A stretch of 64,000 nucleotides of DNA. Origin: Podarcis filfolensis (taxonomy: Eukaryota). This document shows, piece after piece, positions 24,041 through 36,072 of the stretch. The notes under the pieces were generated by a model that saw only the letters and a program-made list of their open reading frames with translations, was not told the DNA's origin and searched no databases. Both the position numbers and the translations under genes were made by a program. Within the stretch, counting starts at the first letter, position 1. Each line of letters starts with the position of its first letter. The stretch lies in the NCBI GenBank assembly GCA_964270895.1, contig OZ185447.1; one strand, 5' to 3'.

Positions 24041-26359
24041 AATAAATGAGATCCTTGGACAAGAGGGTGATACATGTTAGTTCATTTTGCTGCAGTTTGT
24101 AACTTTCTCCCCCCCCCCCCACACAACCCTTTAGGTTTATGAGGGAAAATGGGCTGCATCCTGCAGGCTGAGTTTCAGAGGAGTTGGCAGAACTGCTTCA
24201 CCCAGACCAGAAGTCTCCTGTTTCCTCTGCAATCCACACCACTTTCCACGTGCTGGATGCTCTGCCCTTTGGTCACGTTGGAGGGGTTTGTGCTGTTATG
24301 TTAGGAAGTGGTCCCACGTGGAGGGGAATGCTTTAAAAATAAAATTGGGGAGGGAGGAACAGCACACAGAGCAGGCAGTTACCACCTAGAAGGTTGTGCG
24401 CTTGGTTGTGTATCTGCTAATCTGCCAGGATTATCTTTTTATGGTTTATTTCATGGCCTTTGGAGACAACCGCTCTGGCCCCCCCTACTCACCTGCCACC
24501 CAAATAAACAAACATGCAGTTTGCTTCTCCGTCCAGAAAAGGACACACTGATAGTCCCCTGCCAAGTCCTTATTCTATTTTTAAAGCTCAGTCCCATTTA
24601 AAGACCAAGGCGAGAGAGAGATGGGAGCATCTTTCCAAATACAGAAGTACAAGAATACTTTTAAATCAGGGGAAGCTGATAAGAATGTGTGCTTGGGAGA
24701 AGGGAAGGCTCTGCTCCAGTTATTAGAGGTCAACAGTTAATGGGGTGGTTGGTGGTGGAGGAGGGGGGCAAACCCTGATAAGGTGTATTATTGAGTAATC
24801 ACCAAAATGTCTATCATGATGGCCTGAATGTTTGAAAAGGTTATTTGTTTATTTGGGGGGGGGGATAAACAAACTGCCTCGACTGCTCCATTTCAGACCA
24901 CAGGTGTGTGCTCTCATCTGCAGGTCCTCTTTCAAAGGCAAGATTCCCAATTTGCATTTTTCAAAACAACACCAGATCCTCCATGTGTCCCTTTTTTCCA
25001 GGGATAGTCCCAGATTTACAGAAGCTGTTCCAGTTTCTGATTTGATCCCGGAATGCACCACTTTTCCTTAGGATGTCCCTATTTTCACCGGATAAATATT
25101 GGAGGGTATGGAGTTATGCAGGCCCCGAGCCAAGGAGATAAGTGACTATACAAACTTCTAAAGGCAGCCCTGCATACGGAAGTTTTTTTTAGTGTTTAAT
25201 GTTTTATTCTGTTTTTATATATATTGGAAGCTGTCCAGAATTATTATTATTAATAACAATGACAATGACAATGACAATGATAATAAACAGGACATCCCTA
25301 CTTTCATCAGAGGAATGTTGGATGGTATGCAACATTGAAATTCACACTTCTCTGAATTTTGCAGTGTGGCTCTCCAGCTAAGAAACATGTACCAAAAACA
25401 CACACGCAAGCTGGGATAAAGTGTGCAAATAAATGCATATGATAGTGAAAAGAACATACAAACTGTGTTGTATGAAGGGGAATTGCTTGACAATACTGTG
25501 TATGTAAGGCAAATTTGCATGCAAAGCTGTGCGCACCAGGGGAAATTCTCGTTAAAATGCTAATGAATTTTCACAAGGTCTTTTTAAAACATTGCCAACG
25601 GATGTGGAAAATGGGATTTAAGACTGGGAAAACTGGAAAAGAAAACGCTACTTTCTGCTGTCTGTTCCTTTTTTGCAGCTGTAGGAAGTCGGTGGTCTTC
25701 AGCCCTTTCAGATGCTGTTGGGTTTCACCTTAGACCAGACCGTGGCACAGCAGTGGGTCCTGACCCCCCAGCGTCCTAGCTGACAGCATCTCTTTTGCTC
25801 TAACCCTTCAGCAGTGCCCCCCTCCCCCATATACCGTATATAAATAGTATTCAGGAATCCTGGCTCTGAGCCTGCCAAATCACACTGTCTTCCCAGTAGA
25901 ATTGCTAGAAGGATTTGGCAGCCTTGTTGGTTTTGGGTTATATAAGTCCCTCCTGGCCCACTCCATACCTTGTACCATTGCCAAATGCCCTGGCCCTTCT
26001 CTGGCATCACGAACCTGGCCCAAAGGCTTGGATTAGCTGTCCCATCCCTTTCTCCTCCCACTGCAGGGTCTCGCCCACATCCCCAAGGGGCCAGATCACC
26101 AGGCCTGCCCCGTTATGCCCGTCATCCTAGTGACCTTGGGCTCCTCACAGGCAGAGACATGTGAAGGCTGGGCTGCAAAGGGTAGCCCGAGCCTGTACAT
26201 ATCAGGCTATCTTTGGGGTCGGTCGCCAAGGTCTGCCCTAACTTTGGTTACTGTTTGTAAGAGACAGTTTGGCTTCGGAGGTTGCTAAGGAAGGGGGGAG
26301 CTTGTGCATGGAGTGGGATGGTTATTATCCGAGTACAAGTGGGACCAACAACAAAAGGT

Positions 26360-26634
26360 TGCACTGTGTTCCTCTTCAGTGTTCCAGCCAGCCAGCCAGC
26401 CATGCCCTCTTCCAGGATACCATTCCCTCCTGTCTTCCCCACTTGTGTATCCCAAGTTGGTAGCCAGTACATGTCCCTGAGTATGCTCAGGTCCTATTGC
26501 ACTGTGGAGTGTTCCTCTTCAGTGTTCCAGCCAGCCAGCCATGCCCTCTTCTAGGATACCATTCCATTCCCTCTGCCCCATTTTTGTGTCCCAAGTTAGG
26601 AGCCATTACACATCCCTGAGTATGCTCAGGTCCT
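26360..26634 (+). repeat. Tandem duplication of an about 137-bp unit
   Basis: Units 26360-26495 and 26498-26634, both starting TGCACTGTG and ending CCTGAGTATGCTCAGGTCCT. Confidence 0.9.
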
Positions 26635-27159
26635 GTTTGTGTGCTTCCCTCAGGCTGCTGCTACACAGGTTGCTGGACAAGATGAGCCACTGAGATGGCC
26701 CCACTATTCTTATGACAAATGTGGCACTGCCCAACCAACTTTGATCTGCCCTCGGCCAGCCCCCACCTGCCTGTCTGCCTTCTTACTCACAAGAAGCCCA
26801 GAGGGTGGCCTTCCTTGCCTGCCAGCACCATCCTCCTTTAGCCCTTGCAGAACTCAGCAGGGGAACAAAACTAAAATGAGTTGGCTCTGGCTCTGCCTAC
26901 TGCTCAATTGCGCCAGTGCTCCCCCCCCCCCCCCCGAGGGTACTCAGGGGTATGTAGTATTGGCACCTTCCCCCGCCCCCGGCCCCCAATGTTAAAAGTG
27001 TGGCACTTAGTGTAAGAACTTCCTGGTTAGTACTGGAACCTGTTTTTATTTAAAAAGGGCACTGGCATGCCCTACCATTTTTGTTGGGCACCAGACACCG
27101 ATGCCTTGACTTCTTTGGCCATGTGAAAATTACAGGAGCAAGGCTGCTTGCCCCATTCC

Positions 27160-27163
<4 letters not shown>

Positions 27164-27205
<42 letters not shown>
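27164..27205 (+). repeat. (GT)n microsatellite
   Basis: Direct reading; similar tracts at 7962-7993, 29036-29073 and 63154-63210. Confidence 0.95.
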
Positions 27206-27207
<2 letters not shown>

Positions 27208-29034
27208 GGGCTGCTGTTTGCACAGTGCAAAACAATCAGAGCCCCAACAGAATTCTGGGATATGTTTACACATGTGACAAACCCGAATGTGATCCACCCG
27301 TCCGAAGGAGATAAACACATTCCGCGCTGCTCTCGCCATTCCTTAAGAGCACAATGCCAAGGCATGGTCTTGTCAGACAGCAACCCCTACAAAAGTACCT
27401 CATGCTGTTAGGCTGAATTTCTAGAGGCGTAGCTTCCCTGGCAGCAGAAGCAACAAAGAGGTCTGCAGCCTAAGGAAAACAACAACAAATATAGGACAAA
27501 GCTGCCTTATACCAAGTCAGGCCATTGGTCTGTATTGTGTTATTAAAAAAAAAATTAAGGGACACACATTCCACAGAAAACCAATCCTTCATTCTTCAAA
27601 ATTAGGAAATATTCTCTGAAGAAATAGACACTTTATTTTAGTACACAGGTCAATACCAATGTCATCTTGGCTCTCTTGATAACCCCAGATATTTCCCCTG
27701 CAGTAAAAGGAAATATCCTGGGAAAACCTTTTCTTTTCACCTACAAATCCATCAAATCCTGTGTATGAATAGGAGACGTCTGTGACAATGGTTTCAGAAA
27801 CTAGGTCCAGACTGGCCCGGGTAATGCATTCGGCAAGCATGATCATGGATCTTGACAGACAGCAGACAGGCCACATGCTCAAATTTCTGTTGTAGACCGC
27901 CTCTTTTTGTAACGATTATATGATGCTTTTGGGTAGTCTTTGGCTAAGGACTTGGGCAATTTCTAAAATCTTTAAAAGTTGTTACACACTTTTGTTCTGG
28001 TTCCTCACCATCGTGAAAGGTGGTGGTGGTGGGGCTCTGTTGCCACACAAAAATAAAGATATCCCTTCCTTCTTTCTGCTCATTCCTGCCTCCACCCATT
28101 CTTCTCTGACCAATCATGGACATAGGGGACTCTGAGTCCCTTGGGAGATTTGGGCTGTAAAAGGCAACCCCAAATTTTCGTATAACTTAGGGTGGATCTT
28201 CACACAAGAAAAAAACACACACTATAAGTAAGTCAGAAATTAAATTGTTATAACAAATAAAGAAAACGCTATGGGAAATTGCAAATATTTTTTTTAAAAA
28301 AATTATTTGCTCTCCAGCACCATATGGTGTTGCATGTTTATAACGCATTCAAAACGCTGTTTTTTAACTAATGTAGCTGAGTCCATAGTCCACAATGCCT
28401 GGCAGTAGCTCTCCAGAATTTTAAATAAGTCTTTCAGTCTCTGTCTGCAGGCACCAGGGTTTGGACCTGTGGCCTTTAGGATACAAATCACAGGCTCTGC
28501 TACTGAGCAGCCCTTCCCTTGTGGCACTTTTAAGACTAGCAAATATATTGTGGCAGAAAGAGTAGTCCACTTGACTCCACAAAACCTTATGCCACAATCC
28601 ATTTTTAAAGTCTTTTAAGATGCCGCAAAACTCACTGTTGTTTTCACAAAGGCTGGAGACAGACGTAGGCCTTTCCAGTGAACTCAACGGCTGCATTCTG
28701 AGGTGTTTCTTTTCAAACTCCACATGACTTCCAATGCTAAGCCTGCCTTCAGTCATAGATTTACTCCCTGGATATGTCCTGGATATCCTTAGGGAGTCAT
28801 GGATTTTGACAAGGGTCTACCTGCTTTGATCATTGTGAACATGCAGTTAGCTAGCTATAAACTGTTAGCTAATGAATCCGCTCAGGCACATTTTCAACAG
28901 GGGATTTGTGGAGTTGGGTGGAGATTTCGGTGAAGGGGGGGGGAATATTTGCTGATTCAAAGGTCTCTTCTCAACAACATCCAGGACAGAGTTGCAAAAA
29001 TATGTTGTGACTTAAAAGGACATCTTCCAATCAC

Positions 29035-29075
<41 letters not shown>

Positions 29076-29906
29076 TCCGTGGGTTGTGTTTAACTAACTT
29101 TTACTCAGCGTATACCCATGGGGCTATACTACGCTGTTAGTTGAATACAGCCCATAATAATTGGGGAGGTCCATGCACCTGTGCAGTACCTGTGTGTATG
29201 TGTGTTTGAAGAGGGACTTCCATTCACACATCCTGGTGTGGGGCTGGCTGTGATGGAAGGGTGCTTGTTTTGAGGGTGTTTTACCTCTGGTAAGTAAGGA
29301 GGATGTTGCATTCATACAGGTGTAGTAGCAGCTCCAGGAGGGAGAGATCCCAAATGGAGACACAGAAGCAGCTTAACCCTGCCCCTTCCCACTGTTTCCC
29401 TACTGCAGTTCTTGCCCCTGTGGGCTCCTCCTTCCACCGCAAAGTTCCAGAAATGTTCATTTGTAAGGGTAAATAAACCATGTTACTTTCCCTCTTTCCC
29501 CAATGGAAGTCACATGAACAGCTGCATGCTCCTTGACCAACGCAGGCTAGGCTGAACCAAACTATGGCACCCAATTCAATGTTGTGTTTCTGAAAGCAGC
29601 AAGGTAAGGTTTGCTTTGCTTTGCTTCCTAAGGTGTGTTGCAGCATGAAGTGACCTGAGAGACTGATGTCGGCTTGTGAGGTGGCACAGAATCAGTGGCC
29701 GACTTGGGTTTCTTCATAGCTGGGACACCAGCTTCCTTTCCTTTGCACCCGTTGGACTTCTGCGTCACTCTTAAGGGCGCACATCCCTTGAGCATGAAAA
29801 AGAGAGATGAGCAACTTTGCCGGGCAGCCCGACAAAAACGCAAGGTCTTTGAAATTAAGGAGGTCTTTGAAATTAAGGAGACGTTTTTTCTGTCATCCCC
29901 CTCATT

Positions 29907-29912
29907 TTTATT
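29907..29912 (-). terminator. Candidate TCAP polyadenylation signal
   Basis: AATAAA on the minus strand about 1.08 kb past the TCAP stop codon. Confidence 0.4.
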
Positions 29913-30989
29913 TATCTTATAAGAATACAATAAATCACCATACAGCATTCCACTATTTCTTCAAAAGTAAAGCAAAGGACAAGAAGTACAGGACATGGGG
30001 AGGTATTCACAGTGGATTTCTCTACAATTCTTAATGATTTGTCTATAGTTTATCATACCCTATGGGGAGGAGTCAGGTGTAAAACCAAATCTGTTTCTTG
30101 AACCTCTTTTGTCCAGGTTAAACCCTCTTCCTTTCCTTCTCTATTAGCCCCTTAATTCAACTTTGGCTCATCTTCAACATCCCAAGATGCAGATGTTCCT
30201 CATTATAAATGCACTGGGAAATTTTTACTGAGTCCCCGTACCCCAAGTCAGGTCTATCTGGGGAGGAGGGTGAGAGAACGCCACCTCAGAAGTTGTTTAG
30301 TTCCATTAACCTCTCCCTACTCTTCAAGTACAACATTCAGATTCCTCCCCAAACACCTGTGCAGGCCACATCAGCTGAAACAGAACCAGGAGCATCGCCA
30401 ATGTCATCCATACTCTCTCACTTGCCACTAACCCTTCAACCTTCCTCTTCTTTCTGCAAGGAGCCCTCGCTCTCTCCTGCTAAGCTCACGAAGCAGGGCT
30501 CCCATCACCATCTATCTACAAATATGTTTCACCCAACTATGTGAAACCATAGGGAAGAGGGCCCTGAACCTCCATGAGCTGCTTTGTGCATGACATTCTC
30601 GTTTTCTTTTTCTCTCTCCTTTAATTCAGGGGCTCTCCCTAACTCTCCCTGGGGAGGTAGTCCTTTTTTAAAAATAAAATAAAATAAAATAAACACCACC
30701 GCAATGCACGGTGCAGAAAGGAAAGCACTGGTGGCAGAAGTGCACGGTGCTGTACATCTAATATATACATTTACACACAGAGATAGTCCTAGTCCTAGTC
30801 CTTGCCCCACCCCCAAGAGTTCTCCGTTGGAGTCATCAAGGTGGCTTCAATCCTACCAAACCTTTTCTATGTGCCTGGGCCCCTTCGGATTGTCCTCATG
30901 CAGCAACAGATGTGGGGGGCCACCACCCCCAAGGCCTCCAAGCCAGTTCCCGAAGGAAAGTCCTTGCGTTGGGGAAGGGTCCCGTACGC

Positions 30990-31374
30990 TCAGCCTCTCT
31001 GGGCATCCTGAGACATGGAACGGGACAAGGAGCGGGGCAAGCCTTTCTTGAAGTCGGGGCAGGTGGGCTGGATGACCAGGGGCAGCTCCTTGGTGATCTC
31101 GGCCACAGATTTCTTGTCGAGACACACGCCAGTCGCCGGCAAGGACTCCACAGACTCTGAGGGGGTCGGGGTGAGCTCCCTGGCGCTTAGCTTGGCTGGT
31201 GTGAAGATGGGCAAGGGCAAAGGCCTCTGGTAGGGCAGGTGGTAGGAGGTCAGAGGTTCGCCCAGCAGACCCAAGCGAAGGATGCCCCATGGAGACCTCT
31301 GCACTATGACCCGGGCTTCCTGTTGCTGGCGGTAGGTTTCTCTGCGCTGTTTGTCCACTTCAAACCGAGACCAG
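30990..31374 (-). CDS. TCAP: Telethonin (titin-cap) exon 2
   Basis: cag|C TGG...TGA; WSRFEVDKQRRETYRQQQEARVIVQRSPW...YQRPLPLPIFTPAK...LPRSLSRSMSQDAQRG*. Confidence 0.96.
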
Positions 31375-31489
31375 CTGCGGAGAGAAGGAGTGGAGAATCA
31401 ATCATAGATTCACCCCACAGCTCAGTTTCAGGCAGGGGTGCCCAAACTTTTTTTCTTTTTTTTCCTTTTAAAAAAAACTTTTTATTAAG

Positions 31490-31920
31490 CAATTTCAACA
31501 TAACAAATTATCAAACCATATAATCACATACGTTATTTTTTCCTTTTTCCCTCCCTCCCTCCCCCCTCCCTCCCCCCTCCCACCAAGGACTTACCTCAGC
31601 TCCTCTCTCTGATTTCTCTGCACATATTATTCTCTGCATGTTATAAAATTATACATATCCTTACCTTATCTATCTATCATGTTCTCAACCAATAAATTTG
31701 TGTATGTTTATTCAAAACCTGCCAAGGAGTCCAGTTCATTTTGTTGTCTTTTTAGATAATTTGTAAAAAGTTCCCATTCTTCCTTAAAGTCACAGTTGTC
31801 CTTGTCCCTCAGTTTGTATGTCAGTTTAGCCAACTCTGCATAGCTCATCAGCGGCAAGAGTCTTGATAACACAAGGATGGAAGAATGAGGAAATCCCAAC
31901 AAACTTTTTTCAAAGAGGGC
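31490..31920 (-). mobile_element. L1-like LINE 3' end in the TCAP intron
   Basis: Minus-strand ORF2 C-terminal relic SYAELAKLTYKLRDKDNCDFKEEWELFTNYLK followed by a G-rich 3' UTR. Confidence 0.7.
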
Positions 31921-33040
31921 CAGATTTGGTGAAGTGAGCATGTGTGAGGGCCAACCAGAGTTGTTGACCTTTTTTTAGGATTGAAGTTCTTGAGCTTTTT
32001 TGGGGATTTTACCCCAAGAAATAAACTTCCACAGGGGAAGGATTAAAATGACTGGCAGGCCAAATTAGGGCCCGCAAACGGATTTTGGACATGCCTGCAG
32101 CATCTTCAGGTGGGGCTGTGAGAGACCTCTGTCCGAATCCCTGGAAAGCCACTGCCAGTCCCTGCATACAGTGCTAAACTAGATGGCCCAATGGTTTTTA
32201 TTCAGTTTAACGCAGCTTCCTAGGTTCCTATGCTCTTCTTTGCTGATAAGGTTGACAAGCAGAGACTAGGCAGCCATCTAACAGTGATGCCCTAGCTGCA
32301 TCCGGTGTTACAGATCCCGCACTGAGCAACACCTCCTTCTGTTATTCTATGCACCCCAAAGCCCCCTCTCCCAGCCTTAAAACCCCACACACCTTACCAT
32401 CCCAGCCCTAGCCTGGCAAATACGATTAGACTGCTTCATACCGGGAGAAATACTTTCTCCCCTGATTTCATACTCATACAAGTGTGATATCCTTGCAAAG
32501 GGTTAGAAAGGAAAGGGACAGATTAACTGGAGGGCAGATGTAGCACTCAAAACCAAACCACCACAACTGCTAAAAGCAGACACTCTGCTTTCATTGTCAG
32601 AGGTGAGCGATGCAGTGGCCGCATTTGCTGAGGGCACCAAATTATTCAGAGCGGGGGAGAAAGCAAACAGCGCCTGGAAATTAGCTCTGAAAGGATGTCT
32701 AAAAGCTGAGTGAATGGGTAATGAGATGTCCAATGTGATGCACACTGGGGCAAACCCCCCCCCTAACTTTATACACTGATGGGGCCTGAGCTGTCTCCCC
32801 CTGCCCTTCCTCTTTGACATGTCTGGCACCTCCAAGACTTGACTGTATCATAGAACCATAGAGCTGGCAGGGATCCCAAGAGCAATGCATGTTTAACCTC
32901 TCCCAATACTTGGCTTTATCTAGGCTTCCTTGGGAGGACCCAGCCAGTAGACTTCTGTAACAAATACAAAGCCGCCTGGCTGGATTATAACAGTTTAGAC
33001 CAAGCCTATCGTCCCCACCAGACCCAAGCCCAACACTCAC

Positions 33041-33189
33041 CCTTCCTCAGGCCTAGCGGTGAGTGAGAGGTCCTTCCATTCCGCACTGAAGGACTCCTTC
33101 CGGGATGTGTCTCTTTCGGATACCTGGCAGCTCAGCTCTGCTGCGGCCAGGTTCCCTGAGCTGCGAAGGACCACGCTCTTTCCGTGCAT
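33041..33189 (-). CDS. TCAP: Telethonin exon 1
   Basis: ATG...GG|gtgagt; 149 nt, phase 2; MHGKSVVLRSSGNLAAAELSCQVSERDTSRKESFSAEWKDLSLTARPEE(G). Confidence 0.94.
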
Positions 33190-33272
33190 TGTTGCGTCTG
33201 GGCTTCTGCTCGAACTAGGATGCGTTCTCGGAGTCTCCCTTCGGTCTAGTCTATTGTCCCTGCTGCGGGTGA

Positions 33273-33280
33273 TTTATATA
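33273..33280 (-). promoter_or_regulatory. TCAP TATA box
   Basis: TATATAAA on the minus strand about 85 bp upstream of the ATG. Confidence 0.65.
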
Positions 33281-33842
33281 GGTTTCCTGAATGCCGATTC
33301 CAGAGGGGTTGGCATTCAGAGCTATATCGGTCTTGCAAAGTCACCGGTGGAGCATTCTGATACCGGACACCTCCCCTCCCTTCCCCCTGGGTGCGTTTGC
33401 TACTGGAAACCAAATGTGTGACGTGACAATATTTTTAATACATTTTTAACCCTGTCATTTCCTGGCAGCAGCTTGTGGCTGTTGATGGGTCGTTTCATTA
33501 ATTTAGCATGGAAGATCAAAACATGCACCATTCTGAGATGGGAGCTGGAGAGAAGCTGTAGAAATAATGTTTGTTGCCATTTAATTTGGTGCTTCCATTC
33601 TGGGCCCACTGGAAGCCAAGACACAAGGGCTTCTTTTGATTCTCAAGAGGGATATCGGGTCGTTGCCAAGAGAAATATCTCTTTCAGTTGCTGAGGCTTA
33701 GCCCCACAAACATATGAGGCACTCTCCCTTTGCAGTTTTCAACAACGGGTCTGTCACTGTGAGAACAGGATGCTGGTCTAGATGGGCCTTTGGCCTGATC
33801 CTGCAAGTTCTCCTTATGTTCTTATGACTGCTAAATAGAAAT

Positions 33843-33922
33843 GAATAAACAATAATAAATAAATAAATAAAAATAAATAATAAATAAATAAATGATAATA
33901 AATAAATGATAATAAATAAATG

Positions 33923-33972
<50 letters not shown>

Positions 33973-34010
33973 AATAACAAATAAATAAATAAATAATAAA
34001 TAAATAAATA
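33843..34010 (+). repeat. Compound (AAT)n/(TAAA)n microsatellite among CR1 fragments
   Basis: Direct reading; CR1-like pieces at about 33755-33830 and 34020-34140. Confidence 0.9.
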
Positions 34011-34161
34011 GAAGCATTACTGCCTCTTAACTGTGGAGGCAGGTCATAGCGACAGCTTTCGATAGCCCTCTCCTCCATGAATTTGTCTAATCCTCTTTTA
34101 AAGCTGGTGGCCGTCTCTGGCTCCTCCAAATATTGAAGCCATGGCAGTATTTGACAGTCAG

Positions 34162-34848
34162 CACACAGCGGTATATGCAGTAGTTTATGCAGCATGACAC
34201 TGTTGAATAGAAGTCGATGTCTAGTATTTCACAACTTATGGGTCACTTGTCAATAGAACCAAGTCACCAATGTCTAATGCAGTGGGAAGTTCGCAATTCC
34301 TCAGTGGCAAGAGGAGCGTGTATGGCATACCCTCCAACATTTCTCTGATGAAAATATGAACGCCCTAAGGAAAAGCGGGACATTCCAGGATCAAATCAGA
34401 AACTGGGATAGATTCTGTAAATCCAGGACTGTCCCTGGAAAATAGATACACTTGGAGAGTCTAAGATCTGGATTCTAATCTTTGATCAGCAGTGGATTTT
34501 ACTTCCCTTGTATCATCTGTAAAATGGGAATGTGTTTAACTTCAAGGGTAAGTAGTGATTTCGAAGGAGACTGAGCATTTCATGTGAAATCTAGTTGATT
34601 ACTACGGAAAATGCAAATGTTTAAGCTCCCTGCTTTCTCTTGATCACTCTTCATCTCAGATGGGATGGTTTTTTGAGAAAACACTTGGTTGGCGGAAGAA
34701 GACTGCAGTGACATGTGGCCTCATCCATGTTGATAAGGAGAACGCTTACCGTTATGATCTCATGTGCTGCAGGGATACTAATTTCTGTAATGTACATGAC
34801 CCTGTATATGATCTCATAGGTCCCTACAATGTCACTATGCTGACATGA
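34162..34848 (+). pseudogene. PATE/Ly6 (LU-domain, three-finger) gene relic, two exons
   Basis: Segment A gives C-x3-C-x9-C-x9-C-x7-C after restoring one A at 34253. Segment B (strong acceptor, from 34660) gives xGMVFEKTLGW...TC-x16-CCRDTNFCN after removing one T. Confidence 0.65.
34324..34460 (+). mobile_element. MITE of the GGCATACCCTCCAAC family
   Basis: Related copies at about 12940-13075 and 24975-25110 (both reversed) and 35600-36340. Confidence 0.75.
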
Positions 34849-35701
34849 AATCTCAGCAGAATTTCTGGAACTTTCTGGAGAATGAAACGAACTTACGTGT
34901 CCTGCCTCTGATGAAGAGAAGTTACGAGCAAGGGGATGCGATTCAGAAAGGCATTTGGTGATGGATGGATGAAGGGTTACGGGATTCACTGGCTGGAGAG
35001 GTTTGCACTGAGCCAGCACAGCTGAGTAACGACGCGTCTGGGGGATGAAGTCATTGGGAAAGAAAGATCTTTCCACCCACTCATTCCCCCTCCCCTCACT
35101 ACCCCACTCTGGTTTCAGGAGGACCAACAGCCCTCCCTCCTTCCCTTCTTCTCTCTCGCACAGACACAGTGCCAGGTTCAAAGGCACTTTCGATCAGCCC
35201 CAGAGACAGAATGTCAAAACTTTGGCATAACGGGGAGAAAATGTCCTGAGTGGATTGAGCTGTCTCCTCCTACAGGGTGAGGTGGGGACAGGGGGCAACG
35301 TGACAAGCCGACTGGGCAAAAAAGTCACTCAGTAAGGAGTGTTGTGGGCAGAGAGAGCAGGACTCTTGATGCACATGTCTCTCTGTGTGTGCAAGAGATT
35401 GCGGGAGGTATTGGTTGGAAGGAAGGCAGAGGGTGGCAAAGAGAGAAGGAAAACCAGTGAGTGGTGTGTCAGGCCTTGACCAGGCAAGAGGACTGGGCTC
35501 AAATCCTGGTACGAAGGTCACTTGAGGCCAAGTCATCCTCTCACAACCTAGCCTGCCACACAGGGTCATTGTGAGGACAAACGGTTAGAAGCATAGGCAT
35601 GCATACCCTCCAACATTTCTCTCATGAAAACAGGGGCGCCCTATTCCATAACAACAACAATAACAATAATTTTACTATTTAAACCCCACCCATCTGACTG
35701 C

Positions 35702-36072
35702 TTTTGAATTATGGTGCTGGAGGAGACTCTTGAGAGTCCCATGGACTGCAAGAAGATCAAACGTATCCATTCTTCAGGAAATCAGCCCTGAGTGCCCACT
35801 GGAAGGACAGATCGTGAAGCTGAGGCTCCAATACTTTGGCCACCTCATGAGAAGAGAAGACTCCCTGGAAAAGACCCTGATGCTGGGAAAGATGGAGGGC
35901 ACAAGGAGAAGGGGACGACAGAGGACGAGATGGTTGGACAGTGTTCTTGAAGCTACCAGCATGAGTTTGACCAAACTGTGGGAGGCAGTGGAAGATAGGA
36001 GTGCCTGGCGTGCTCTGGCCCATGGGCTCACAAAGAGTCGGACACGACTAAACGACTAAACAACAACAACAA
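35702..36072 (+). mobile_element. BovB LINE 3' end nested in an older element
   Basis: ORF RVPWTARRSN...LQYFGHLMRREDSLEKTLMLGKMEGTRRRGRQRTRWLD, (CAA)n tail; 11-bp TSD CATCTGACTGC at 35691-35701 and 36073-36083. Confidence 0.95.

Noticed and set aside
29845-29880. 18-bp tandem duplication containing CTTTGAA twice
   Set aside because: Only two units with no spacers, so not CRISPR-like; most likely replication slippage, as is the 18-bp duplication near 41440-41477 in an L1 relic.
30853-31290. 145-aa ORF and plus-strand ORFs overlapping TCAP exon 2
   Set aside because: Alternative-frame shadows of a GC-rich coding exon.
34490-34625. CIICKMGMC segment with a GTAAGT donor and two in-frame TGA codons, as an extra LU exon or a selenoprotein
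   Set aside because: CATCTGTAAAATGGG is the MIR/CORE-SINE core, which translates as ICKMG. The phase does not fit LU exons and no SECIS was seen.
34651-35187. 178-aa minus-strand ORF
   Set aside because: No homology recognised; partly the antisense of the LU-like exon.
35730-36059. 109-aa ORF as a host gene
   Set aside because: It is the C-terminus of BovB ORF2.
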